A stretch of 24,191 bases of DNA from a virus (IMGVR_UViG_3300007637_000015:1-24191), one strand, 5' to 3'. Shown: positions 7,081 to 15,495, counted from the stretch's first letter. The notes: a model not told the origin generated them from the letters alone. Made by a program: numbers and translations.

Positions 7081-9240
7081 ATGTCAACTATATCACAATT
7101 CACACCAGCTAAACTAAAGGCTTGGATCGAGCTGTACTCTGGAACCATAGTTGGCCCTCAGGGGCCTCAAGGTATTCAGGGTATTCAGGGTAACGTTGGC
7201 AATGACGGTGCCGATGGGAATGAATTCGCTACAGGTGGTAACGTCACTGCTTACTCAACAGTAGACACTGTAGGAGACATATACTACCACAACAACGGTA
7301 CGGTGTATCAAGTCACTGGAGGAGCGACCTTTATATCCATCGGTATATGGGAAGGTACTACTGGTGCTACTGGCCCACAGGGGCCAGCAGGTGCTGACGG
7401 CGCACTAAACGCTCTACCCTTGACTGGAGGCACACTCACTGGTGGTGTTACACAGACTGCTGGCGACTATCTAAACACCGGAACAGGCACTATCGCAACT
7501 GGTGTAGGTAACGGCTCTGTCGCCATGACGATCAATGACGGGCAAGGTAACGCTAACCTCACCTTTAACCACATTGACGGTGTAGCAGATCAAGCTGGTA
7601 ACGTAGGAAGGATTGTAGTCAATACTGACAGCACCTCTAGTGCTACAATGTCCTTCGAGATTAAGAGTAACGGTACTGCCGGAGCAGTAGACTCAGGGCC
7701 AGCGGCCATGTCTATTACCGAGTCAGGTGTGACTGCTACTACCTTCGTAGGTGCCTTGAGCGGTAATGCTACAACCTGTACAACTGCTGACAACTCCTTA
7801 CTATTAGGTGGTGCTGCTGCGAGCGATACGGCAGGGAACAGCACGATTGTTAAGCGCTCAAGCTCAGGCTATATCAGGGCTAACTATTTCAATACAACCG
7901 CTAATACCGTGACCGCTGCCCCTAGTAAATACTTTGTAGAGACAAGCAGTGACGGCTACATCCGTAAGATGACGCTGGCCAATATGCGTACCAACTTGGG
8001 TATCACCAAGGCGCACATTGACACGTTGAATGTGGATGCCGATACCTTGGACGGTATTAACAGTAGTTCGTTTGTGCGCTCTAATGCCACCGACACAATC
8101 TCTGGTGCGATTACCCACAGTAACCACCTCACCATGCAGGACAGCAAGTTCCTCTACCTCGGTACAGGTAATGACACTCGATTGTGGTTCAACGGTTCTC
8201 ACACGTATTTTGACATTGGTGTTGCAACAACAGGAAGTAATCTCTATATCCGTGATGGTACTACCACACGGTTCACCTTCGATGATGCAGGACACCTTAC
8301 AGCCACAGGTAATATGACTGCCACTACCTTTAACGGTGCTCTGTCAGGTAATGCTACTTCAGCTACCACAGCGGCTGCTTGTTCTGGAGAAGCTGCTAGA
8401 GCTAAAGGTCTAAACCGTAGTGACTCTGCCTCAGACACTTACAACTTACAATTCCGTTGGAGTGCAGACAAGTCAGGCTACTGGTCTCTGCGAGGATACA
8501 ACAACAACACATACCACGCCCATTGTTGGGTAGGATGGGCGGGTACGGCTGATTCAGCTAATGCACTTGGAGGACTGGCAGGTGCTACTACTGGTACAGC
8601 CAATACGGTAGCACTACGAGACGCGAGCGGTCATCTTTCATGCAATTATCTGTTTTCTGCATACGTCAACATGAATCACGGCGCTGGTAACCGTAATGCA
8701 GACACAGTGTTCTACTCAAGCACAGATAACTACATAAGGAAGAATAATAAGACAAGTTTCAAGACTTCATTGTTCACGGATAGTGACCTTACCTTCGCAC
8801 AGGGAGGTGGTTGGTATATGGCGGATACTACTTGGGTTCGGGTTAAGGCCAACAAGAGGGTATACAACGGAAGCACCAACGCATCAGCCTTTGCAACCCC
8901 CGGTGATTTCACTGCTGGTTACTCAGATATGCGTCTCAAGACTCATAGAGGGAAGATCGAGGATGCTCTGGATAAGGTCTGTACGTTAGACGGTTTCTAC
9001 TACGAGCGTAACGAGAAAGCAATAGAGCTAGGGTATGAAGGTGGAGAGTTACGGGTAGGTCTGAGCGCACAGCAGGTTAAAGAAGTGCTCCCAGAGGTTA
9101 TCAAGAGCGCTCCGATCAACACTGACCTCGGCACAGACTACATGACTCTGGACTACGAACGAATTGTACCGCTTCTGGTGGAGGCTATCAAAGAACTGAA
9201 GGCAGAGGTAGAGGAGTTAAAGAATGGCACTTCCAGCTAG
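7081..9240 (+). CDS. Fibre protein 1 with short N-terminal collagen segment and C-terminal intramolecular chaperone (peptidase S74-like)
   Basis: GPQ/GIQ repeats, LPLTGGTLTG, ADTLDG..SSSFVRS and GGGWYMADTTWVR fibre motifs. Autocleavage-type YSDMRLK (~8920) is followed by VGLSAQQV, LDYERIVPLLVEAIKEL and a terminal coiled coil. Confidence 0.9.
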   Translation: MSTISQFTPAKLKAWIELYSGTIVGPQGPQGIQGIQGNVGNDGADGNEFATGGNVTAYSTVDTVGDIYYHNNGTVYQVTGGATFISIGIWEGTTGATGPQGPAGADGALNALPLTGGTLTGGVTQTAGDYLNTGTGTIATGVGNGSVAMTINDGQGNANLTFNHIDGVADQAGNVGRIVVNTDSTSSATMSFEIKSNGTAGAVDSGPAAMSITESGVTATTFVGALSGNATTCTTADNSLLLGGAAASDTAGNSTIVKRSSSGYIRANYFNTTANTVTAAPSKYFVETSSDGYIRKMTLANMRTNLGITKAHIDTLNVDADTLDGINSSSFVRSNATDTISGAITHSNHLTMQDSKFLYLGTGNDTRLWFNGSHTYFDIGVATTGSNLYIRDGTTTRFTFDDAGHLTATGNMTATTFNGALSGNATSATTAAACSGEAARAKGLNRSDSASDTYNLQFRWSADKSGYWSLRGYNNNTYHAHCWVGWAGTADSANALGGLAGATTGTANTVALRDASGHLSCNYLFSAYVNMNHGAGNRNADTVFYSSTDNYIRKNNKTSFKTSLFTDSDLTFAQGGGWYMADTTWVRVKANKRVYNGSTNASAFATPGDFTAGYSDMRLKTHRGKIEDALDKVCTLDGFYYERNEKAIELGYEGGELRVGLSAQQVKEVLPEVIKSAPINTDLGTDYMTLDYERIVPLLVEAIKELKAEVEELKNGTSS

Positions 9241-9847
9241 CGGACAGATAACCGTCAAGCAGATTAACGCTGAGTTCGGTGGAAGCAATACGCTCAAGTC
9301 TAACGCTACGATAGCAGGGATCAGTACTTCTAACGTAGGGTGTAAGAGCTTCTACAACCTCTCTGCAGCAATAGACCCTGTGTACATACAGGAGACCCCT
9401 GTTACAGGTACGGACGTAGCAGGTTGGAGTAACGGCGGTACAGGTACTGTAATTCAGGCTGTCAGCGGTAAGCTACAGATATCGGAGCGCGCGGTAGCCA
9501 ATAAGACCATCTATAGGCAGGCCATTGCTGCTGCTCATAGGGATTTAGTGTGTACACCTTCAACTACGTACACTGTGACCTTCAGGCAGTCAGGCGGTGT
9601 CAGTTGTCTCGCACCGGGTAGAGTGAGTGTGTTCGGTACGACAGATTTCAACAGTAACTCTGCAAATGCGACTGTACTAGGTACTGTAAATTTGACATAT
9701 AGCGGCTCTACAGTAACGAAATCGTTCACCTTCAGCAGTACCGTATCAGCAGTAACGATATTAGTGATATCGTATGGCACCGTCAATAACAGTACAGTGG
9801 ATGGTTTTACTCAAGTATCCATCGATCAAATGAAGGTAGAAATATGA
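9224..9847 (+). CDS. Putative fibre-tip adhesin 1 with CBM-like C-terminal jelly-roll
   Basis: N-terminal MALPASGQITVKQINAEFGG motif of proteins that follow S74 fibres. GW...TYTVTF...SIDQMKVEI pattern resembles galactose-binding/CBM4-9-like folds. Confidence 0.6.
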   Translation: MALPASGQITVKQINAEFGGSNTLKSNATIAGISTSNVGCKSFYNLSAAIDPVYIQETPVTGTDVAGWSNGGTGTVIQAVSGKLQISERAVANKTIYRQAIAAAHRDLVCTPSTTYTVTFRQSGGVSCLAPGRVSVFGTTDFNSNSANATVLGTVNLTYSGSTVTKSFTFSSTVSAVTILVISYGTVNNSTVDGFTQVSIDQMKVEI

Positions 9848-10452
9848 ATTACACTTACGAGATAGAAGACTTCCGTCCAGAAGAGGGTTACTTGTTTGTC
9901 AGGTACAGTACAGAAGGTAAGCCAGATACATACCTCAACCTTAACCCTGAAGATTGGACAGAAGAGGGAATCAGGAAACTAATAACAAGTCAGGTACACA
10001 GAGCGTACCACAAGTGGCGGACGATTAACCTAGACACCCCAGTCCCTATCACAGGTGTTCAGACGGTTGAAGTAGAGATTATAGAAGACGAGGTTGTTGA
10101 AATCGCCCCTGACCCTATGGCTACTACAGTCTCTGAAAGGAAAGGTATGGAGCATGGTGGGGTACAATGGGGAGAATACTACTTCGATACCAGCCCTGAG
10201 AGCCAAGCCAAGATATCGGCAGCAGTAACAGGAGGTAAGTTCAGAAGCCGCCCTGTCAAGTGGAAGTGTGCAAGGGTTACAGAAGAAGGTGAGATGACCT
10301 TAGCCTACGTTCAGCTACAAGCAACTGAGGTAGAGGAAGTAGCAGCCCTGATACAAGAGCATGTACAGAAGTGCTACGACGTAGAGGCCCTGTGCTACGA
10401 GGCCCTGTTAGCAGGAGAGCCTATCGACTTTAGGGACACGTTCAATGCTTGA
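9844..10452 (+). CDS. Tail-fibre assembly-associated protein (DUF4376-like C-terminus)
   Basis: ERKGMEHGGVQWGEYYFDTSPESQAKISAA...WK...HVQKCYDVE matches the DUF4376 pattern as I recall it; located after the fibre genes; ATGA coupling. Confidence 0.65.
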   Translation: MNYTYEIEDFRPEEGYLFVRYSTEGKPDTYLNLNPEDWTEEGIRKLITSQVHRAYHKWRTINLDTPVPITGVQTVEVEIIEDEVVEIAPDPMATTVSERKGMEHGGVQWGEYYFDTSPESQAKISAAVTGGKFRSRPVKWKCARVTEEGEMTLAYVQLQATEVEEVAALIQEHVQKCYDVEALCYEALLAGEPIDFRDTFNA

Positions 10453-10876
10453 GATAGTTACTGGTGAGATGCCTTCAGCAGCCAAGAAGATGCTTTGGCA
10501 GGAACATAGACTGAAGTGGCGAAGTGAGACGGGTGCAGCACTGCTTAGAGATGGAGTGTGCTACGCTTTCGCAGGACTTGACCATGTAGGGGACGGAGAA
10601 TACTACTGCTTCCTAGTTCGAGACTTCAACAACGTCTTCTCAGATATACCTGAAGAGAAGTGGACTGAGATACAGAGCTGGGGGACATACGAGATATTCA
10701 ACTGGATGTTCAACGAGCTTAAGGCAAGCAGGGTCTACACAGACCGTAGAGAGAACAGTACAAAGATCATCCCGTCCACAGCCCGTATGGGGAACGGAGA
10801 ATGGAAAGAAAACACATGGGAGTGCAAGGCTGAAGATGTAGTCTTAACTCCTACCGCGAAGCCTGACTTCGTATAA
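10445..10876 (+). CDS. Hypothetical protein, possibly GNAT-like fold
   Basis: IFNWMFNELKASRVY resembles the RimJ/RimL-type 'yaFneLglhRv' segment, preceded by beta strands (VCYAFAGL, YYCFLV). Confidence 0.45.
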   Translation: MLEIVTGEMPSAAKKMLWQEHRLKWRSETGAALLRDGVCYAFAGLDHVGDGEYYCFLVRDFNNVFSDIPEEKWTEIQSWGTYEIFNWMFNELKASRVYTDRRENSTKIIPSTARMGNGEWKENTWECKAEDVVLTPTAKPDFV

Positions 10877-10893
10877 CCCAAGGAGAACCAGAG

Positions 10894-11034
10894 ATGGCCC
10901 TAATTAAAGCGCAAGACGTACAGAAAGAATTGTACGATGCAGTAGAACAGATAAATGTAATCCTCAAAGGTCTGACTTCCAGACTTGATGAGCTAGAGAA
11001 ACCTAAGCCAGTGAGGAAAGCTAATGGAAAGTAA
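10894..11034 (+). CDS. Small coiled-coil protein (46 aa), not in the ORF track
   Basis: AAGGAG RBS at 10880-10885; translates MALIKAQDVQKELYDAVEQINVILKGLTSRLDELEKPKPVRKANGK*; overlaps the next start. Confidence 0.75.
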   Translation: MALIKAQDVQKELYDAVEQINVILKGLTSRLDELEKPKPVRKANGK

Positions 11035-11263
11035 TGTCGATCATACTATGTACTTTGAAGCATTGATTGACACCTTCGCTACAGTAGGTTGGAAAGCTAT
11101 CATGGAAGATATGCAAGAAGGTGCTGACCAACTAACCCTAGAGAACTGTAAGACAGCAGAAGAGTTCTGGAGAGCGAAAGGACAAATGGAAGCGTATCGA
11201 AAGATGCTCAGCTATGAAGATTTCATTAGGCAGGGTTTTGAGAATTATGCTGAAGATTTATGA
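11024..11263 (+). CDS. Small head-module hypothetical protein
   Basis: 79 aa with GAGG RBS; F.T.GWK...F.R.KGQ pattern of small genes found between portal and scaffold in such podoviruses. Confidence 0.75.
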   Translation: MESNVDHTMYFEALIDTFATVGWKAIMEDMQEGADQLTLENCKTAEEFWRAKGQMEAYRKMLSYEDFIRQGFENYAEDL

Positions 11264-11450
11264 TTACAAGTGTACGTCTACGGACAAGGTAGTAGAGAAA
11301 ATGACCCATCACGGGGAAGACCTCGACTGCTCCTGCGGAAGTACACTGAAGAAGATGATTACCCCAATCTCATTTAAGCTCGACAACTCATTTCCCGGCT
11401 ATGCCGATAAGTGGGCTAGAGATCACGAGAGCGGGGCCAAGAGAGGATAA
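11247..11450 (+). CDS. FmdB-family-like zinc-ribbon protein (likely start 11247, not 11214)
   Basis: MLKIYDYKC...CSCG...KKMITP pattern of FmdB zinc ribbons; the first CxxC is degenerate (CTST). Confidence 0.7.
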   Translation: MLKIYDYKCTSTDKVVEKMTHHGEDLDCSCGSTLKKMITPISFKLDNSFPGYADKWARDHESGAKRG

Positions 11451-11474
11451 CAGGGCTAGCCCCCTGCCTTTTTT
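11451..11474 (+). terminator. Weak intrinsic terminator-like hairpin
   Basis: CAGGG/CCCTG stem with 6-nt loop, then CC and T6, directly after the stop codon. Confidence 0.4.
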
Positions 11475-11508
11475 ATTCCATAATGGGTAGAACCCACGGA
11501 GACTGTAA

Positions 11509-12327
11509 ATGGCTGCAACGATAGTAGACGAAGTTGAAACTGAGGTAACTGAGGTAACAGAAGGTATTCCAACATCTTACGATGACTTGGTGTCAGATGA
11601 GAAACCTGAAGAGGTAGCTCCTGAACCAGAAGTCGAAGAAGAGGAAGATGATCTGCCTGAGAAGTACCAAGGTAAGACTAGAGCTGAAATTGCTCGTATG
11701 CACACTGAGGCCGAAAAAGCTATAGGACGACAGTCCAGCGAAGTTGGTGAACTTAGAGCTGCATTTGATGAGTTCGTTACCTCATCTATAAAAGAAAAGA
11801 ACGCGGTAGTGGAAGAGCCTGTAGATGAGACTGACTTCTTCATTGACCCTAAAGCTGCTGTACAACGCGCAATCGACAACCATCCGAAGCTACGTCAAGC
11901 TGAGGCGGTTACGGCTGAAATGCAGAAGAGGGAAAGCCTTGCTACACTGAAGGCACAATTCCCAGATATGCAGAAGACCTTGCAAGACCCTCACTTTGTC
12001 GAGTGGGTTAAGGCTTCACCAATCCGTAGGAAACTATGGGCCTCTGCCGATACGAACTATGACGCTGAAAGTGCTGCCGAGTTGTTTAGCAACTGGGGTG
12101 AACGTGCTGATGTAGTGTCTAGGGCTAAGAAGGTAGAGAAGCAACATCAGGCCAATGAGGTGCGTAAAGCATCCACTGGAACTGCCCGTGGTAACCCTGA
12201 CGCAAAGCGTGTAAAGAAAACATATCGTCGTGCAGATATACGCAGACTTATGAACAGTGATCCAGCCCGTTATGAAGCTATGGAGGCAGAAATACTTCTA
12301 GCCTATAGTGAGGGAAGGGTCAAATAA
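11509..12327 (+). CDS. Capsid scaffolding protein
   Basis: Acidic N-terminus, LPEKYQGK...GRQSSEVGELR coiled coil, basic/helical C-terminal capsid-binding end (AYSEGRVK); immediately upstream of the capsid gene. Confidence 0.85.
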   Translation: MAATIVDEVETEVTEVTEGIPTSYDDLVSDEKPEEVAPEPEVEEEEDDLPEKYQGKTRAEIARMHTEAEKAIGRQSSEVGELRAAFDEFVTSSIKEKNAVVEEPVDETDFFIDPKAAVQRAIDNHPKLRQAEAVTAEMQKRESLATLKAQFPDMQKTLQDPHFVEWVKASPIRRKLWASADTNYDAESAAELFSNWGERADVVSRAKKVEKQHQANEVRKASTGTARGNPDAKRVKKTYRRADIRRLMNSDPARYEAMEAEILLAYSEGRVK

Positions 12328-12348
12328 TCCCTATTAAGGAATAGAAAA

Positions 12349-13251
12349 ATGGCAGCATTTAACAACGTACCATCGGTAACTAACACTACAGCAGCGGTAT
12401 TTATCCCTGAGCTGTGGTCTGATGAAGTTATCGCAGCATACGAGAAGTCACTTGTAATGGCTCCTCTCGTTCGTAACCTGAGCATGGAAGGAAAGAAGGG
12501 TGATACCATCCACATTCCTAAGCCTGTTCGTGGAGCAGCGTCAGAGAAAGTATCTGAAGCGCAAGTCACCCTGCAATCTAACACTCACACTGAGCTGGTA
12601 GTTTCCATTGACAAGCACTTTGAGTACTCAAACCACATCGAAGATATTACTGCTACTCAGGCGCTTGCGTCTTTGCGTCAGTTCTACACTGGTGATGCTG
12701 GTTACGCTCTGGCTCTTCAGAAAGATCAAGACCTGTTCGATCTCGGCAAGTGGGTTGGTAACGGTACTGGTGCAGACAACCAGACTAGCAACTCCTTCAC
12801 TGACACTGCTGGTGTTCTGTCTCCTTACGTCACTGGCGTTGGCGCAGACTTCACTGACGCAGGTTTCCGTAACCTTATTCAGAAGATGGATGATGCTGAC
12901 GTACCTATGGACGGACGTAAGTTCGTAATCGCTCCTGCGGTTCGTAATGCCATTATGGGTATTGATCGTTACGTGTCTAGCGACTTCGTAAACGGCAAGG
13001 GTGTTGTAAACGGTAAGATCGGTGAGCTGTACGGCATCGATATCTACGTTTCAACTAACGTGCCTACTGAAACTGGCGCTCGTGGTAACTTCTTGTTCCA
13101 CTCCGATACCTTCCTCTGTGTAAACCAGAAAGGTGTTCGTTCACAGACTCAATACCAGCAGGAGTACTTGGCAACACTGTACACCGCTGATACTTTGTAC
13201 GGTACTTCAATCTACCGTCCTGAGTCTGGTTTCACTCTTTGGACTGAGTAA
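12349..13251 (+). CDS. Major capsid protein (HK97 fold)
   Basis: FIPELWS, KKGDTIHIP, DDADVPMDGR, GKIGELYGIDIYVS and ADTLYG motifs; biased codon use of a highly expressed gene; TAAGGA RBS. Confidence 0.95.
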   Translation: MAAFNNVPSVTNTTAAVFIPELWSDEVIAAYEKSLVMAPLVRNLSMEGKKGDTIHIPKPVRGAASEKVSEAQVTLQSNTHTELVVSIDKHFEYSNHIEDITATQALASLRQFYTGDAGYALALQKDQDLFDLGKWVGNGTGADNQTSNSFTDTAGVLSPYVTGVGADFTDAGFRNLIQKMDDADVPMDGRKFVIAPAVRNAIMGIDRYVSSDFVNGKGVVNGKIGELYGIDIYVSTNVPTETGARGNFLFHSDTFLCVNQKGVRSQTQYQQEYLATLYTADTLYGTSIYRPESGFTLWTE

Positions 13252-13260
13252 GTCCTAACC

Positions 13261-13292
13261 GAACTGGCCCTCTCGGGGGCTGGTTCACTTTA
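13261..13292 (+). terminator. Intrinsic terminator-like hairpin after the capsid gene
   Basis: GAACTGGCCCT-CTCG-GGGGCTGGTTC stem (with G-U pairs) followed by ACTTT; the U tract is short. Confidence 0.6.
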
Positions 13293-13295
13293 TCC

Positions 13296-13317
13296 TAGTG
13301 TACATTATTAGTGTACA
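13296..13317. repeat. Direct repeat TAGTGTACA x2 (13-bp period)
   Basis: Copies at 13296-13304 and 13309-13317, in the intergenic gap before fibre 2. Confidence 0.5.
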
Positions 13318-13361
13318 GCAGTATACGGTGAACACAAAAACAACCAACACAGGGACATAGA

Positions 13362-15041
13362 ATGTCAATATCATACAATATCACTACGAACTTCGGAGCT
13401 AAAGATGGCCTTCCTACTAATGACCCTAACAAGGTTGTTAAAGGCAGTGAGCACACGGTTGAGTTCGCGGCTATCAAGACTGCATTCCAACAGGCTGCAC
13501 CAGTAGCTAACCCTACCTTTACTGGTACAGCTACCTCTCCTAGTTTCGTTGGCCCTTTGCAAGGTAATGTAACGGGTAACGTTACAGGTGCGTTGACAGG
13601 TAATGCCTCTACTGCTAGCAAGTGGGCTAACTCCCGTAAAATCACCTTCACAGGCGACTCTACAGGTACAGTGTGGATAGATGGGTCAGGTAACGTAAAC
13701 TGCGCCTTAACCACGACAGCCTCTGGCTACACACACCCTAGCTATGCTACCACCAATATTAACACCTCTGGCGCTCAAGTAGTTGACGTAATCAATACAA
13801 CAAGTGAAGGTCATATCAGTAGCCTGTCCAAGCGGACTATGACTCTAGCTGACCTCGGTTATACGGGTGCAACTAATGCCAACAACTACTCGCACCCATC
13901 TCACGCAGGGGACGATATAAACCTAGACACAGCCCCTATGACGGGCGCTAAGGTTTTGTCCGATTTAGACTTCAACATAACTACAGATACCTCCGGCCAT
14001 GTAACAGACGCTAACGCTACATTTGCTACCCGTAATCTTACGTTGGGTAATCTTGGTTACACTGGCGCAACTAATGCCAATTACTATACACACCCTACTT
14101 CTTCAGGTAACAAGCACATACCCTCTGGTGGAGCAGCAGACCAGTGGCTAAAGTACTCAGCTAATGGTACAGCAGTGTGGGCAGCTCTTCCCGAAGGTAG
14201 TTCGTATACACACCCAACCTACAGTGCTACAAACGTAAACACATCAGGTGCCACGGTAGTAGACCAGATACAGACTAACAGTACTGGCCACGTTACGTTT
14301 ATGAACACCCGTAGCCTTACACTGGGTAACCTTGGCTACACCGGAGCAACTGACGCTAACAACTATACTCACTCAGTCAACGGCACTACGAACATAAACA
14401 CGTCAGGCTCTACTGTAATAGACCAGATTACTACTAGCAGTGAAGGTCATGTTACGTTTATGAATACACGTACAATGACACTTGCTGATCTCGGATACAC
14501 TGGTGCGGCCAACGCTAACAACTTCACCTACACACACCCCGCTTATGCAGGTGATGATATCAATATAGACACTGGCGCTTTAGGCGGTGCTACTGTTATC
14601 TCTGACCTAGACTTCAATGTTACTACAGACGCTCAGGGTCATGTTACTGATGCTAATGCTACAATAGCTACTCGTAACTTGACTGCTGCTAACCTCGGTG
14701 CTTTGAAGGACACCACTGACACCTTCACTGGCACACTCACGGTTACAGGGTCTGTAGTGGCTTCAGGTAACGTCACTGCGTATTCAGATGCTAGATTGAA
14801 GAGTGACGTAGGAGCCTGTATGGGGCTGTCTGCGGTAGAAGCCATGAACGGCTACAACTACACTATGAACGATGAGATATGCGCTGGAGTGATCGCACAG
14901 GAGCTAGAGGAGGTAGCACCAGAGCTTGTGATCGACAACGTAGACGGATTCAAGTCTGTGAACTACATGGGACTCACTGCATACTTGATTGAGGCTGTGA
15001 AAGACTTATCAGCTAAGGTTAAAGAGCTGGAGGCTAAGTAA
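13362..15041 (+). CDS. Tail fibre 2 with N-terminal virion anchor, His-containing tandem repeats and S74-like chaperone
   Basis: N-terminal TTNFGAKDGL...KVVKGSEHTVEFAAIKTA anchor-like motif; GNVTGNVTG; YTHP repeats; GNVTAYSDARLK cleavage motif; AGVIAQELE and VNYMGLTAYLIEAVKDL. Confidence 0.92.
   Translation: MSISYNITTNFGAKDGLPTNDPNKVVKGSEHTVEFAAIKTAFQQAAPVANPTFTGTATSPSFVGPLQGNVTGNVTGALTGNASTASKWANSRKITFTGDSTGTVWIDGSGNVNCALTTTASGYTHPSYATTNINTSGAQVVDVINTTSEGHISSLSKRTMTLADLGYTGATNANNYSHPSHAGDDINLDTAPMTGAKVLSDLDFNITTDTSGHVTDANATFATRNLTLGNLGYTGATNANYYTHPTSSGNKHIPSGGAADQWLKYSANGTAVWAALPEGSSYTHPTYSATNVNTSGATVVDQIQTNSTGHVTFMNTRSLTLGNLGYTGATDANNYTHSVNGTTNINTSGSTVIDQITTSSEGHVTFMNTRTMTLADLGYTGAANANNFTYTHPAYAGDDINIDTGALGGATVISDLDFNVTTDAQGHVTDANATIATRNLTAANLGALKDTTDTFTGTLTVTGSVVASGNVTAYSDARLKSDVGACMGLSAVEAMNGYNYTMNDEICAGVIAQELEEVAPELVIDNVDGFKSVNYMGLTAYLIEAVKDLSAKVKELEAK
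13728..14703 (+). repeat. Six YTH(P)-initiated protein repeat units in order A-B-C-A-A-B
   Basis: A (~53 aa): YTHP..NxNTSG..VxDxIxTxSxGH....RTxTLxxLGYTGAxxANN. B (~66 aa): YxHP..AGDDINxDT...SDLDFNxTTDxxGHVTDANAT. C (~40 aa): YTHPTSSGNKHIPSGG. Confidence 0.9.
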
Positions 15042-15481
15042 TGGCATTACCTAGCGGCACCATTACGATGCAAGACCTCCAGAACGAGTACGGGGGTAGT
15101 AACCCTGCCAGCCTATCAGAGTATTACCGAGGTGGCACCTATGTGAACACAGAGCGCGTTGACATCACTGATGATTCCACAAGATACATTGTAGGTGTAG
15201 ACTACTGGTTCTGGGATACCAACAACGGTATAGAAGGGGTATACATTGACGGTGTTCTCGATAACTCATTCGCTGAGAACTCACAGACTCAATACTTCTA
15301 CGGTACAGGTAACGTTAGATACTATAGAGCATATGGAGGAGGAATTGTACAGGGTGAGTTCCCTACTGGTGTGTTCTACTATAACTTAAGGACATGGACT
15401 CAGACGACAAACCAGATAAACACAACTGTCCCTGCAAGTGGAACAATCAGTCTGAATAATTTTAAGAACCAAGGTAACTAA
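15041..15481 (+). CDS. Putative fibre-tip adhesin 2
   Basis: MALPSGTITMQDLQNEYGGSNPASLSEYYRGG N-terminus and VPASGTISLNNF C-terminus around an aromatic-rich core; TAATG coupling to fibre 2. Confidence 0.65.
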   Translation: MALPSGTITMQDLQNEYGGSNPASLSEYYRGGTYVNTERVDITDDSTRYIVGVDYWFWDTNNGIEGVYIDGVLDNSFAENSQTQYFYGTGNVRYYRAYGGGIVQGEFPTGVFYYNLRTWTQTTNQINTTVPASGTISLNNFKNQGN

Positions 15482-15495
15482 AGGAGAAAGACATA

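Noticed and set aside
13230-13260. T7 10B-like capsid frameshift or readthrough extension
   Set aside because: TAA stop followed directly by a terminator-like hairpin; no convincing slippery site or extended frame.
13728-15481. Diversity-generating retroelement VR/TR pair in fibre 2 or its tip protein
   Set aside because: Repeat differences are mostly synonymous and not adenine-specific; no template repeat or reverse transcriptase is in the window.
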